Source: Botryllus schlosseri (taxonomy: Eukaryota). From it: DNA of 64,000 nucleotides. Location: positions 9,052,001-9,116,000 of the forward strand of contig CM119383.1 of the NCBI GenBank assembly GCA_051294905.1, given 5' to 3'. Below are positions 49,166 to 60,977 of this stretch, one piece after another. The stretch's first letter is position 1. Each line of letters opens with the position of its first letter. The notes under the pieces were generated by a model. It saw nothing but the letters and a program-made list of their open reading frames with translations. It made no database searches and was not told where the DNA came from. The position numbers were made by a program, and so were the translations under genes.

Positions 49166-49431
49166 GCAAAAGATTACGAAAACCTTTATTTTGAGCAGAA
49201 CTTCAACTGCCAGGACAGTAGAGGGAAACTGAAACTGCCGGCGAAGAAGCTATGCGACCAATATCAAATGTTGACTCAAACTCAAGTGTAGTCATCAGCT
49301 GCTCAGGCTAAGACGAACTCCATTCGAGGGGGCGTTTGGTATTCGGTGAAGATTCCGAGCAATGCTCATTGCTCGGTTTTGAGTCTGTATAGCCTACTCA
49401 ATACTAGGGTTACCACACGTCCTCTTTTAAG

Positions 49432-50114
49432 CAGACATGCCACTACTGGGTTTTTCCACCCAGATCTGGGTTTTTCGAGCATCACCTGGGTTTCTGCGTT
49501 TTTGTCCTTGAAATCTGGGTTTTTTCATAATCATGTTCGCCAGGTTAATTTTATGTTCGAAAATCAATTATATTAGATCAGTAAGATCATAATGTTTAAA
49601 AATGCACGCGAGCTTCAGTAGTCGATTGACTGCTTGATGATTGCTGCATTGTCGAGGAATTTTGTTATAGTGACCGCAGAGTCTCGAGAAACGGTTTGGA
49701 AGGCCGTGAGGTGATGAAGCGTTTTCTTACAATTTATATCGATTCAAGACTTGACTGCTAGTATCAATAAATAAAATAAGATCTTGATTGCTTTCACAGC
49801 TTATTTAACGTCCACTTGCCAAGTGAAAATTTTATTTATCACATGAGCTTACGGAGCAACGCGCACCAATTATTTTCCAAGCAATGCGTCAAAAAGAAAA
49901 CAACGCATATTTTTTCATATTTGCATTGTTAACCGAGCAAAATGTATAGTATGAACTGTTATAGTTTCAATATCAAGGGCTAAGACTTGGTTCTATGTAT
50001 ATGACTGTGTTTCCATTTTCTCAGCTTTCGCACAGGAATTTGAGTGAAATATAGGATCTGGGTTTTTTAACGTCCACGTCTGGGTTTTTCCGAGATATCC
50101 CAGTGGCATCTCTG
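49432..50114. mobile_element. hAT-type MITE nested in another MITE
   Basis: TIR CAGA(C/G)ATGCCACT, repeated CTGGGTTTTT motifs, perfect TSD CTTTTAAG (49424-31 and 50115-22). Confidence 0.8.
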
Positions 50115-50420
50115 CTTTTAAGGGGATTTGTCCTATTTTTTGACTTTCTTGAAAGTGTCCTCGGAGGACGCCCAAATTTTGTCCTCTTTTTTAAAGGTAA
50201 AATTCGACTGAGATACAGTAAATCAGCACTGAAGTAACGCTCCAGCGGCTATTTCGGGAGCTGAGCCGGAAAGTTGACCTATCTTAGTCAAACAACGGAG
50301 ATTTCGGCAACAGTGTGAATTTCAGGAGCCGAGTCATAAAAACGACCTTTTTTTAGTCAACCAACCATAAAGTCGGGAAAATTTACCATTTTTTTCCGGA
50401 TTTTACTCAAGTATTGTAAG

Positions 50421-50565
50421 CAGGGCTTTGAAGCCGGAGCCCGGAGCCGGAGCCCTGGAGCCGTGCATTTTTACCGGAGCTGGAGCCGGAGCCGGAACTC
50501 TACATAAAGTTCAGCCGGAGCCGGAGCTGGAGCCAGTTATTTCAGGGGTAGCTCCGGCTCCGACG
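50421..50565. repeat. GGAGCC-rich subterminal array, probably a MITE end
   Basis: CAGGG start followed by about 10 (C/T)GGAGC units and an inverted CTCCGGCTCC. TSD not identified. Confidence 0.5.
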
Positions 50566-51519
50566 TATTTCATAACATGTTATTATATATGCAACAACCA
50601 TATCTGCTGAGTTCAGATAATTCAACAGCAGGCCTTCGTGAAATTAAGAATCTTTTCCTCTTTGGCGCTACCTTTTCCGACTAACCATGTTCCTGGGGAT
50701 TTAACATCAGAGCAGCCACATGTACAATGTTCAATTTTCATACATGAGTGCCGAACCTCGGTATGCTAAATATGCGTGTGAATATTGTGGGTATTCGACA
50801 TAGGCCTACCCGCAATTTCATCATCACCACAACCTTGTTGGCCAATTGTACGGTTCGAAAATAATGATCACTATGTATTACGCGAAATGGGAGATAGGAT
50901 AAAAACGTGATTTTGTTGCACATGTCGATATGACGAGCACGAGCCGAGAAATTCCATCTCATCGTTGCTATCAATCGGGTGAGCAAATACTCGTTCTTTC
51001 GTGATTGTTCTTTAATCGGGCCCCGAAATTGGACAGTGTTATTGTGTATGCAATTATGCATGCGAATTGGAATTCATTACTGCGCATGATCGTCATTCAC
51101 TCCTATGAGGATTTTCGAGCGTAAATAGGGGTGGAAGAAGAGTAGACCAAAACGCCGTTACACTCAGCAAACAATTGTCGCGGTGCGAGCTACTCAATGC
51201 GATGTCAGGACCCCGTGGTATCTTATGTTGGAGACAAAATTACTGATTTGATACGCTATTTCCAATTTGTAATCATCTGTTTCGTAAATTCATTCTTGAT
51301 GTCTGCTTGATACTCTAGTATTCCCGGATTATCGCGCACTGTGACTTGTAAATGTGCAATGTAGATTGTACATGCTGCATAGTGTAATTCGTTATGGGCA
51401 TGGCGCAATGTGCATGACACAGTGTTTAATTCGATTTTTCGATTCGTTTAAAAGGGAGAATATTATATTCCGATATACTTGATCGACACCGGATGGACTG
51501 GTCGCGAGTGCACCATTAC

Positions 51520-52866
51520 TAGGCCGTGTTATTTTTGGCATTTCAGGAGCCAGATGCTAAAACTGCCAAAAATAAAAATTTGAAAATGCCAAAAATAACT
51601 AATTTTTGGCATAAGCCAAAAATAACACGGCCTGCCAATAGTGTATTTCTTTGATGGTGTTGTGTTAACAGGACCGCATTACAAGCGAGAAGAGCGTGTG
51701 TGAAGGGCAGGTTTCTTACTCTATGGGTCCAGCCCACCCATTAGGGGAGAAAGCATGGTGTCCTAAATGGTGTGGGCACAGCGAGATTGAACGACTGACT
51801 GCATTTGGTTTACGTCATACTTTCCATTTGTCCAAAGGCAATTTTACGGCCATTTTTGACCGGCTTGTCGAGCGCTAAATTTGATAAAACGGGTATCAAT
51901 GGAAAGCTGCCGCTGTACTGATTACTAAAATAGAAATTGTATTCTGCTCATGGATCTGGAACCCCCAAATTCAGTCACGATTTTTGCATTGTGATCGAGT
52001 TGAACATTGTGACACAGCAAACAGTCCGGCTATTTCTGAGCTGCAGTCTCGTTTTGCCAGACAGTCTTGTTGCGTTAATGTTCTTAAACAAGCTAACCTT
52101 CCCAGGACTCTTCCATGTGAGTTGGTAATATTAAAGCCATCTGACGTGACAAAAGTCCTCCTAAAATATATCGGTAGACTGATGGAGATGGGATGGTCGC
52201 GCTACAAAATAGAATGTGTTGAGAGACAACAAAGGGAATTCCTGGAAAAGTATCGGGAAGAAAATTCTTTCCGCGATGAGATCGATGGCACTAGCGCAGT
52301 GATCTCTTTTTATGATGCTTAGAAGACGGATCTGCCCTCCGAAATTTTGAAGCTCTGAAAACCTTTTGTGGAGGAATGGCAACATTCTTTCCCTCAACGG
52401 CTACTGTTGAAGCCGATATATCCCAGATTCGTTGCGCGAAAAATTAATTCAGGAAAAACTTTGCTGACCTGAGTTTGGAAGCACTGTTACATTGCAAACA
52501 ATTTAAGTCTATTCAAAAGCTGTAACAATTAGGTGTTGAACGTGTTTGTTCTCATTCTTTTTGCTTATTGGCACCGATTCCGAATGGATACTGCACATTT
52601 TGTGGTTTCGTTTGATATTATTAACCTATGTAATCGCTAGGTTTTTTCTTCTTATTATGGTTTGTTGGTACTGATTATAAGTGGATGCTGCACATTTTTG
52701 GTCTCTATTGATAAACTGACTCAAATAAAGCGTTTTTATGACTAATTCGAGTCTGAAAATATCTACTTAGAGGTCGATGCCAAAACTGCCAAAAATAAAA
52801 ATTTAAAAATGCCAAAAATATGCTATTTTTGGCAGTTTTGGCATATGCCAAAAATAACACGGCCTG
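51520..52866 (+). mobile_element. hAT-like element with a degenerate transposase C-terminus
   Basis: TIR (T/C)AGGCCGTGTTATTTTTGGCAT; perfect TSD ACCATTAC (51512-19 and 52867-74). At ~52326-52505 it reads FEALKTFCGGMATFFPSTATVEADISQIRCAKN*FRKNFADLSLEALLHCKQF. Confidence 0.85.
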
Positions 52867-53957
52867 ACCATTACCGAACGTTAAACCATTGGCCATTTGG
52901 TGCAAATCGAATTTGTATTGATGAGGTCGTGATATCTGCCCATATTGCTCTTACTACAGTTACAGTTGAATAACAATCGCACATTTAAAGATTGAATTGA
53001 GCTGTATCGCACGAGTGCAGCGCCAGTGTTAAAACACCGCATCAGAATTTTAATGCTGTACACAGCAACGGCCTGGATTAAAGTGCGTTCTAGTAGGGAT
53101 GGTGTGAACGTGAGGTTCACGTTCGCGTTCTGTGTGTGAACCTCGCAAATTTGGAGTTTCACGTTCACAAACGAATCTCGGTAGGTTCTGCACTGTGAAC
53201 CTTTTTCATAGATTACAATTTTCCCTTCATTATAACATCTTTGCATGAAATTTATTGCATTTCAACTGCGGTCCACTTTGTGCATGGCGCTGGCAGCATA
53301 AAAAATTAACACTTGACGAGCATGCACCTTGACAATCTCAAAGATTTTATTTGCTTTGTTGCTAAAGATTGCTCGAGATATTTAGCTTTCCGCTTGTGAA
53401 TATGTAGTGACTCTCTGCTGTGGGATGGACCTGAAATCACACATCATCAAGACCGAAATACACTACATGCAGTCAGCGAATTATGCTTATTCAATCAATC
53501 AATCAATGAAATTGATATCGTTGTCTGATGTAAAAAATCTAGCAGGCGTACAGGGTCAATCTTGACTTTATATGTTTATTGTATCATAAAAAACAAATCC
53601 GTTCGATTGGGTTGTTGGTTACTGCTGTATAACTTGTTAATGGGGTAAAATATAGGTAGTAAGTACAGAAACACGTTTTACACTCTGCTCAATATCAACG
53701 TAGCAATACTCAGACGCCGAATACATTGTCCTGTCTGGCCTAGACCGTTGAGGCGTAAGCTTATATTCTCTTGCAAGTCGTCGTCGAAATTGTTGGCAAA
53801 GCGACGGAAGATATTGATTTTAAGGGATTAATATATCATTTGATTACCCCAGTTGATACATTTGGCGACTTTTAAAATGTCAATATGTACTTCAGCAGTG
53901 TGGCATCATGCGGCAAGAGTCGTCGATAGGTATAGCGTACTGTACGTTGATATATGC

Positions 53958-55831
53958 CAGTGGTTCTTAACCTTGCCTCCAGCGCCCCCCAAGGGGCGCT
54001 GGCGATTTTGAAGGGGGCGGAAACGCTCAGGGGGCGATATGGGGGGGCACTGGGCTCAGGGGGGCGCTGGCGAAAAATGGCTTCGCAGTAGATGATGTGG
54101 TAGTAGGACATATCCTTAATGAGTATTCAGAGCGAATTAACACCGAAAACCTCCTTATATATAGCCTATACAAAAGACATATAGGTTTAATTGTCCATAG
54201 GCGCCTAAATGACTGGCACCGAATGTTCCTGTCTTGGCAATCTGAACCTCAGAAGACGAATTCCATCTGGCAGGGAAAAATAATATGCCAGTGAAGAACT
54301 ACCAATTTGAAATCGTGTGCGTCTTTTAGTTAAGTACAATTGGACGACAGGGATATATAGAACTAGATATCCCCGTTGGGCGATATCCCTGTTGGGCGGT
54401 TCTATATTTTTTGATATAGCAGACAGAAGGTCACGAAATAACATCATGCTACGAAGTCATATCAACGGGTCCGCCCGCCCGACTATGTTTAATTATTACT
54501 TACGGGCCCTACAGTTTCCAAGACACCTCACAATGTTCCCTCTACGTTTTGACGAGTCTGCGCACACTCACAAACTCAATCCGCAGACCCTTGGACAACA
54601 GTGCGTAACGACTAAAAAAAGGTCATAACTTCGGATTTGTTGTGCGCAACGTATATTTTCTGTGCGCAGAGACCGTGTCCGCACTGCGCACGTGCGCAAC
54701 TTAGAGGGAACATTGCACCTCACTCAGCTCTACCGGTAAATCTGGTAACGTGAGCAGAGAGGACAAGAAATTGATAGCAATATATATGCAATTCCCGATC
54801 TTATTGACCGATTTTATCATGAATTATCGAAAACTTTCGCGCTTCGCACTGGCTCGCTAAACAGTACAGCTGATTTCGTGGCAAAAGCAAACAACGTGAT
54901 GGGGGGCGGTCGGTTTATCACCCGATGGGAGCCCAAGACTCAAGTTCTTTTTGGCGGGCCTGACGAAGTGTCGTTTCGTTCCTGCCAACAGGTATACGCC
55001 CGAAGATGTATAATTATTATTGAGGGGTCCTACATTTTCAATCACACATCACTCAGCTCTACCGGTAAATCTGTTTACGTGAGCAGAGAGAGGATAAAAA
55101 TTGATATCAATATATATGCAGTTCCCGATCATATTGACATATTCAATCAATAATTATTGAAATTTTTCGCGCTTCGCGCGTCTAGGCGAGAATAGCTGGC
55201 TCAGTAAATGCATAGTTGCACACCCAATGTAGATGACCAGTATCAACAAATAGCGGACAACCGAAGGGGGTTCTGGGGGCGAAGCCCCCCGGAAGTTTGG
55301 TTTATCACCCTACGGGCGGCCAAAGACCTACGTTTTTTGGGGGGCTGACGAAGTGCTGTTACGGCCCTGGTAACGAATTAATTGTACCTACGAGCACGCC
55401 CGAATATGTTTATTATTAATTACGTGCCCTTTATTTTCCAATACAACAGCTCACTCAGCGCTACTGGTAAATATGATTACGTGGGCTGAGAGGATAAAAT
55501 GTTTATAGCGACATATATATGTAATTACCATCTATTCATTCATGCATTATAGAATATTTTGGCACCTAGGGCGACCAGACCTAGGTCACACAAAATTTGC
55601 TGACCATCGAAATCACGCTACGGGGTTCTTGGGGCGAAGCCCTCGGAAGTTTGGTTTATCACGCTATGGGTGCGCAAGGCAATCGTTTTTAGGGGGTTGA
55701 CGAAGTGCTGTTACGGCCCTCCCTCTTACTCATTGTCTTTGTTACATTCCTTACAATATGAGGTTGGGGGGCGATGGAGCACGATAATCTTTGAAAGGGG
55801 GCGCTGGAGGAAAAAAGGTTAAGAACCACTG
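53958..55831. mobile_element. Middle hAT element with diverged internal tandem units of ~330-400 bp
   Basis: TIR CAGTGGTTCTTAACCT; TSD ATATATGC / ATATAGGC (7 of 8). Internal repeats carry CACTCAGC..TAC(C/T)GGTAAAT and GTTTATCAC..TGACGAAGTG. Confidence 0.8.
54531..54715. mobile_element. Innermost 185-bp MITE
   Basis: TIR CAATGTTCCCTCTA, internal TGCGCA motifs, 7-bp direct repeat CACCTCA on both sides. Confidence 0.8.
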
Positions 55832-56589
55832 ATATAGGCTATCACTTCACTGAAATGTAGGGTTGGAATTAGCAATATGACGTCACGTGACGTCATGAGG
55901 TTCACGTTCGCGTTCACACAGAACCTTTCAAAAAGGTTCGTGTTCACACTAACCTGAACCTTTCATAGGTTCACACCATCCCTGGTTCTAGTGCAACTAG
56001 CCAACTATGATGTTGTATTCATTATGACGTCACAGGTCGGCACGGCGGCACCTATGTCTTCGTTGCTGCATCCGATGCTACAGACTCTAGGGGCCGAGGC
56101 CAATTCCTCTCCTTAACAAAGCAGTCCTTAAGTGCGATTCTCTACTCAACTAAGTGCAGATCGATACTCAATCTTAAGTGCGCGTCAATTCTTGTCACTT
56201 AGTTGAGTAACGATTTTCAGACGTCATTTTCGAGAATCGTGTTGCCAGATTTTATTTACTTCGAACCTGATATGCTTGATTGGTTTCGTCATGACAACAG
56301 GAGGCTGTCGTCCGAAAATCGCCACCACAGCGTATGGTGGGCTACACACAGATACAACGAATCAGCAATATCGCTGTGCTTGGGCAGTGTTGACTGTTAG
56401 CATACGTTTCGCTAGCAGCTGTCGGCGAACGTAGTGCAACTCTCAACGAAACTCCTGGTACATGTACCAATCCAAGGACCCTAGGCTCTCACAGTACCTC
56501 ATATTGCAGCAATCTGCAATCTCACTTTTTAACGATACCCTGTTATCAAAACTTTCAGCAAGTAATAGTGTACACCTGTATTTATCAAA

Positions 56590-56976
56590 ATGAACTTCAA
56601 CGAATGTGAAGATCCAATTGAAATTCTGGAAATACTCGAACAGCGAAACCGCCACCACACTCCACAGAATTATTTGAAAGATGTTCACAATCCATTAGAA
56701 ATATATACAGACAAGAAGTTTTACAAGCGCTACCGCTTTTCCAAAGATTCCGCTATCGATATTTTCAGGATTATCAAACATGAACAGTCATTATCTGTCC
56801 GACCCCAATGCCTGCCCCCACTGCTCCAATTCCTTACGGCGTTACGTTTTTTTGCCAAAGGTCACATACAGCAATCGGATGCAGACTTGATGGGTGTGTC
56901 ACGCAGCACAGCAAGGCGCAGCATTCACAGAGTAGCCTACGCCATCGCCACTCAGAAGCCTTCCTTCATCCAGTAT
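56590..56976 (+). pseudogene. PIF/Harbinger (HARBI1-like) transposase, N-terminal 129 aa
   Basis: FYKRYRFSK..LQFLTALRFFAKGHIQQSDADLMGVSRSTARRSIHRVAYAI..SFIQY is a typical Harbinger N-terminal HTH region. It is cut at 56976 by a LINE. Confidence 0.9.
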
Positions 56977-59471
56977 GAAGACTGTGAAAGCCTCTTGGAC
57001 CATATAATAACCAATTTAAGTGACATAGAGCTGTCTCCAGCCATACTATGCCATGATATCTCTGACCATTTTCCTATCTTATGTGAATTTGGTTTAAAAC
57101 CTATTACATCTCGTCCATCTCATGCACTGCAAAGAGACTTGAGTAACCTGAACAACGACAACCTCTTGCAAGATACATATGAAAAATTTGAGCAAGCGGC
57201 TACAACACCATGTGTCAACAGTAACGAATTGAACAAGAAATTCAGTAACTTTATTGAGGAAATCAAGAATGTGTTTGATTCACACGCTCCTATCAAAAGA
57301 CTTTCTCAACGACAGAAAAAAATCAAATTAAAACCATGGCTCACACCTGGCATTCTTCAAGCAATAAAAACTAGAAATTTTTTGTATCAGAAGTTTATTA
57401 GAACAAAAAATGTGCAAGATATGCTACGTCACAAAGAGTATGCCAAAAAGTTGTGCTCAATCAAGAAAAAAGCAAAAGAAGCATATTTCCGAAAATTATT
57501 TTCAAGCTGTCATGGAAATCAAAGAGATACTTGGAAGATCATAAAAGGGCTAATCAATAACAGCAAAACTTCTGCATCCCCATATCTGAAATGTGATGTA
57601 AATGGTAGTACCATCAAAGAACCAAAGAAGGTAGCGAACGAGTTCAACGGCTTCTTCGCATCAATTGGTCCAAAGTTGGCTTCTGCTGTTCCACCATCCG
57701 CAACAAAAGCGCAAGATTACTTGCGAAGAAATACGTCGTCAATGTTCCTGGAGCCATCAACAGCAGATGAAGTGAAACGTACCATACATACTCTTAAATC
57801 TGCTAAAGCAACGGGACATGATCAAGTACCAAATAACCTCCTTAAGATAATTGCAGGTCCACTGAGTGTTCCATTATCATATTACTTCAACAAATCGCTG
57901 GAACTCGGATGCTTTCCGAACTCCCTCAAAATAGGTAAAATAACCCCTGTCTACAAAGGAGGTTCAAGGTTCACGACAAACAACTATAGGCCTATTTCAG
58001 TTCTACCTAGTCTAGCAATTGTATTTGAGAAACTTTTACAAAGTAGGCTCATTGACCTCAAAAAGGCATTTGATACTGTCGACCACTCATTACTAATTGA
58101 TAAGCTAGAATGTTATGGTGTACGCGGTACTGCTCTCGAAATATTTCGTAATTATCTTACTGACCGACAACAATATACAGTCATCGGTCAAGAGAAATCT
58201 GACTATCGTGCTGTCTCCTGCGGTATACCACAGGGGTCAGTTTTGGGGCCAACTTTGTTCCTATTGTATATTAATGATATAACTGCCTGTTCACAATTTG
58301 CCACTACCCTTTTTGCAGATGACACACACTTACTGCTATCCTCATCCAATAGTCAAAATCTGATGATATCATATATAGCTCAGTGATATCAACTGACAGC
58401 CAACTTGAACTTATCAGCAACTGGCTCACATGTAACAAATTGTCCATAAATGCTAGTAAGAGCCAAGTGTTACCCATAGGTAAAGAAAAAAGGAGAACAG
58501 AACTCTCCAATATTAATCACAAATTAATGATGGCTGGTCAAGTGATGTGCTTTTGCAAATCAATGAAATATCTAGGAATATTTATTGACAATGACCTCAG
58601 TTGGAATACCCATACAAGTCATGTTTCGTCGAAGATCTCTCGCAATACTGGTGTCCTGTGGCGACTGAATAGAATTGTTCCTAGGCCTATGCTCAGAAGT
58701 CTTTATTTCTCCATCGTTCACTGCCATTTGCAATATGGTATTATTATGTGGGGATCTGCAACCCAAACTATTTTGAAGGCACTGCAAGTACTGCAGAATA
58801 AAGCCATTCGGGCTATTGCTGGACTGTCCATCTATCATCGCTTATCTCCATATTATAAGAAACTTCGCATTCTTAAAGTTGAGGACATATATATTTTTGA
58901 AGTAGCAAAGTTCATGTATAAGTTTAACAAACAAGAAGTTCCAAATTCACTTGTAAACTACTTTGAATACTGCATGCATATACACAGCTACGGTACTCGA
59001 TCTAAGAGCTCTTCCAACCTATTTATGTCTAATTCCGACAATGCTTTTCCTCCCTTGAAGCGTGCTGGAATTGATGTGTGGAATAAATTACCCCCGCGAC
59101 TGAAAAGTATGAGCTTTCCGTCATTCAAGGCGGAGTTCCTTGACCTACTTCTCAGTAAGTACTAATCACCATCGGATGTATTCCCCATCTGCTATCGCAT
59201 CAAGGCATCCACTGTGTAGTTCGTTGTTGTTTTTCTGTTTTCGTTTTTTTACAAACCACCATATCTAGTAAGCATGATTGTATGTATCTATATACTTGTT
59301 TCTAATCTCCTAGGTTCCGGCTTGACATGAAGATCGTAAGGATCATATCGCCGGCACCCGTCTATACCGTTATAGAGGCAATTACACACTATTATTACTG
59401 TGTATGTGTTTTTCATGCTTACTCATTCTGTTTATTCCGGTTGACGAAGAAATAAATCTCTCTCTCTCTCT
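56977..59471 (+). mobile_element. 5'-truncated CR1/L2-group LINE inserted into the Harbinger transposase
   Basis: End of the AP-endonuclease (SLLDHIITN..ISDHFPI) and RT motifs (KATGHD, NYRPISVL, DLKKAFDTVDH, GIPQGSVLGP, FADD, WLTCNKL, KYLGIFID). The 3' UTR ends AATAAA + (TC)n. An internal RT deletion lies near 58050 and a frameshift near 58372-58391. Confidence 0.9.
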
Positions 59472-60128
59472 TATTCTTATGCTGACGCTCAAAAGATCAA
59501 GGAAGGCTTCTATAAAATTGCTGGTTTTCCTGGAGTAGTGGGGGCAATCGATTGCACTCACATACCTATAATGTCACCAGGAGGTAGCGAGGCCGAAATA
59601 TTCCGGAACAGGAAAGGATACATGTCGATTAATGTACAAGTTATATGTGACAGTGATCGCAAAATCTTGAACATAGTTGCAAGGTGGCCCGGCTCCACTC
59701 ACGACTCGCGCATATTCAACAACAGTGCATGTGCAATCAAGAGTGATTTCGAGGAAGGCGTGATTGACGGGATCCTTCTCGGTGACAACGGCTATGCCTG
59801 CCTCCCATATTTAATGACACCATTAATGAATCCAACATCAACACAGGAAAAGCGATATAATAAGAAGCACATCTCCACGAGATCCCGCGTTGAGCATTGC
59901 TTTAGAGTGCTGAAACGGAGATTTCTGGCGCTGAGCATTCCTTTGCGCACAAGGTTGGACAATAGCCTCACCATAATCATCGCCATCGCTTGTCTGCACA
60001 ATGCAGCGATCACCCGCAATCAGATCCTGGAAGAGGAATTCCAAGAAACTATCAACGAGCCTCATGTTGATGCAGGAGATACAGCTTCAGGGAGGGCGGT
60101 AAGGCAGAGCTTCATCGCGAGATTTTGA
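59472..60128 (+). pseudogene. PIF/Harbinger transposase, C-terminal DDE domain
   Basis: YSYADAQKIKEGFYKIAGFPGVVGAIDCTHIPI..RKGYMSINVQVICD..ARWPGSTHDSRIF..LLGDNGY..RSRVEHCFRVLKRRF. The D-D-E triad is present and the sequence continues directly from FIQY of the N-terminal part. Confidence 0.92.
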
Positions 60129-60977
60129 GCTTTGCCTTGAAAAATTGTGCCACAGTTTAGGACAGCGGCGGGCAACATACGGCCCGCAAGGGGATTTTGT
60201 CCGGTTTGCATTCCAAGCGCGTTACGAAAGCAAGGTCATATGAAGATGCCGAAAACATGATTTTACAGGTCAATTTCACATCAGCAACCGAGTTTTAGGT
60301 TACAATGCAACGCTGCCATCCATGCTCTAGTTCGGAATCTAGATATGGCTCCATTTTGTCCACTAATCTGGTGTTGCTTCCCAGGCTGAATGAAGCACGA
60401 TATCGACATACGACGTCGAACCAACCCTTCCCCGAGTATCAGCTGTATGCTATTGTTGATCCAGACATTGAACGGCCCGTAGCCCATCGCGATGGAACAG
60501 TCCCACAAAACTGGGACTGAAGAATACTGTAATACCCTTTCATTTTAAGCTCTAGCTTTTAAGCTATTACCATTAAGTGGAAAACTGCAGATAAGTTTGG
60601 AACTATTCAGCTAGTGTGACCGAAAGGGGCATTAAAGGCAGCAAATAGCCAAACATTCGCTTGTCATGTGACCAAGAAATGACGCAATCGACTAAGGTTA
60701 CATCACAAGGCTAGAACACCAACCCGATCATAGCAACATTCATTTCACGCGACCTGGTTTCAGTCAACGCGCCATCTAACCGCGTTACGCACTGCCAATG
60801 ATCGAAAAGCGACCTTGACGTCGGCGAACGGAGAGTAGTCGTCCTAGCACCCAGCATATACAATCAAATTCCCAGTGAAATACTGGATGTTGCCTATATC
60901 TCTATCCCCTAAATACCCATAGAATGCTTATTCTGCCACAGGACATCACCATTGAATCTGCTTTCCTGCTTCTATAC

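Larger units (their letters stand above)
53094..55984. mobile_element. Outer non-autonomous DNA element of a three-level nest
   Basis: TIR (T/C)AGGGATGGTGTGAAC; shared GAGGTTCACGTTCGCGTTC subterminal motif; flanking direct repeat GTTCTAG(T). Confidence 0.75.

Noticed and set aside
54940-55000. Hammerhead-like CTGACGA / CGAAAC..GTC words in the nested element repeats
   Set aside because: The core halves are on opposite strands or lack a partner, and the sister units at 55.3 and 55.7 kb lack GAAA.
56590-58386. The 598-aa ORF as a single ordinary host gene (HARBI1 or an RT gene)
   Set aside because: It is two TE parts joined by an insertion. The Harbinger sequence resumes after the LINE (TC)n tail at 59472.
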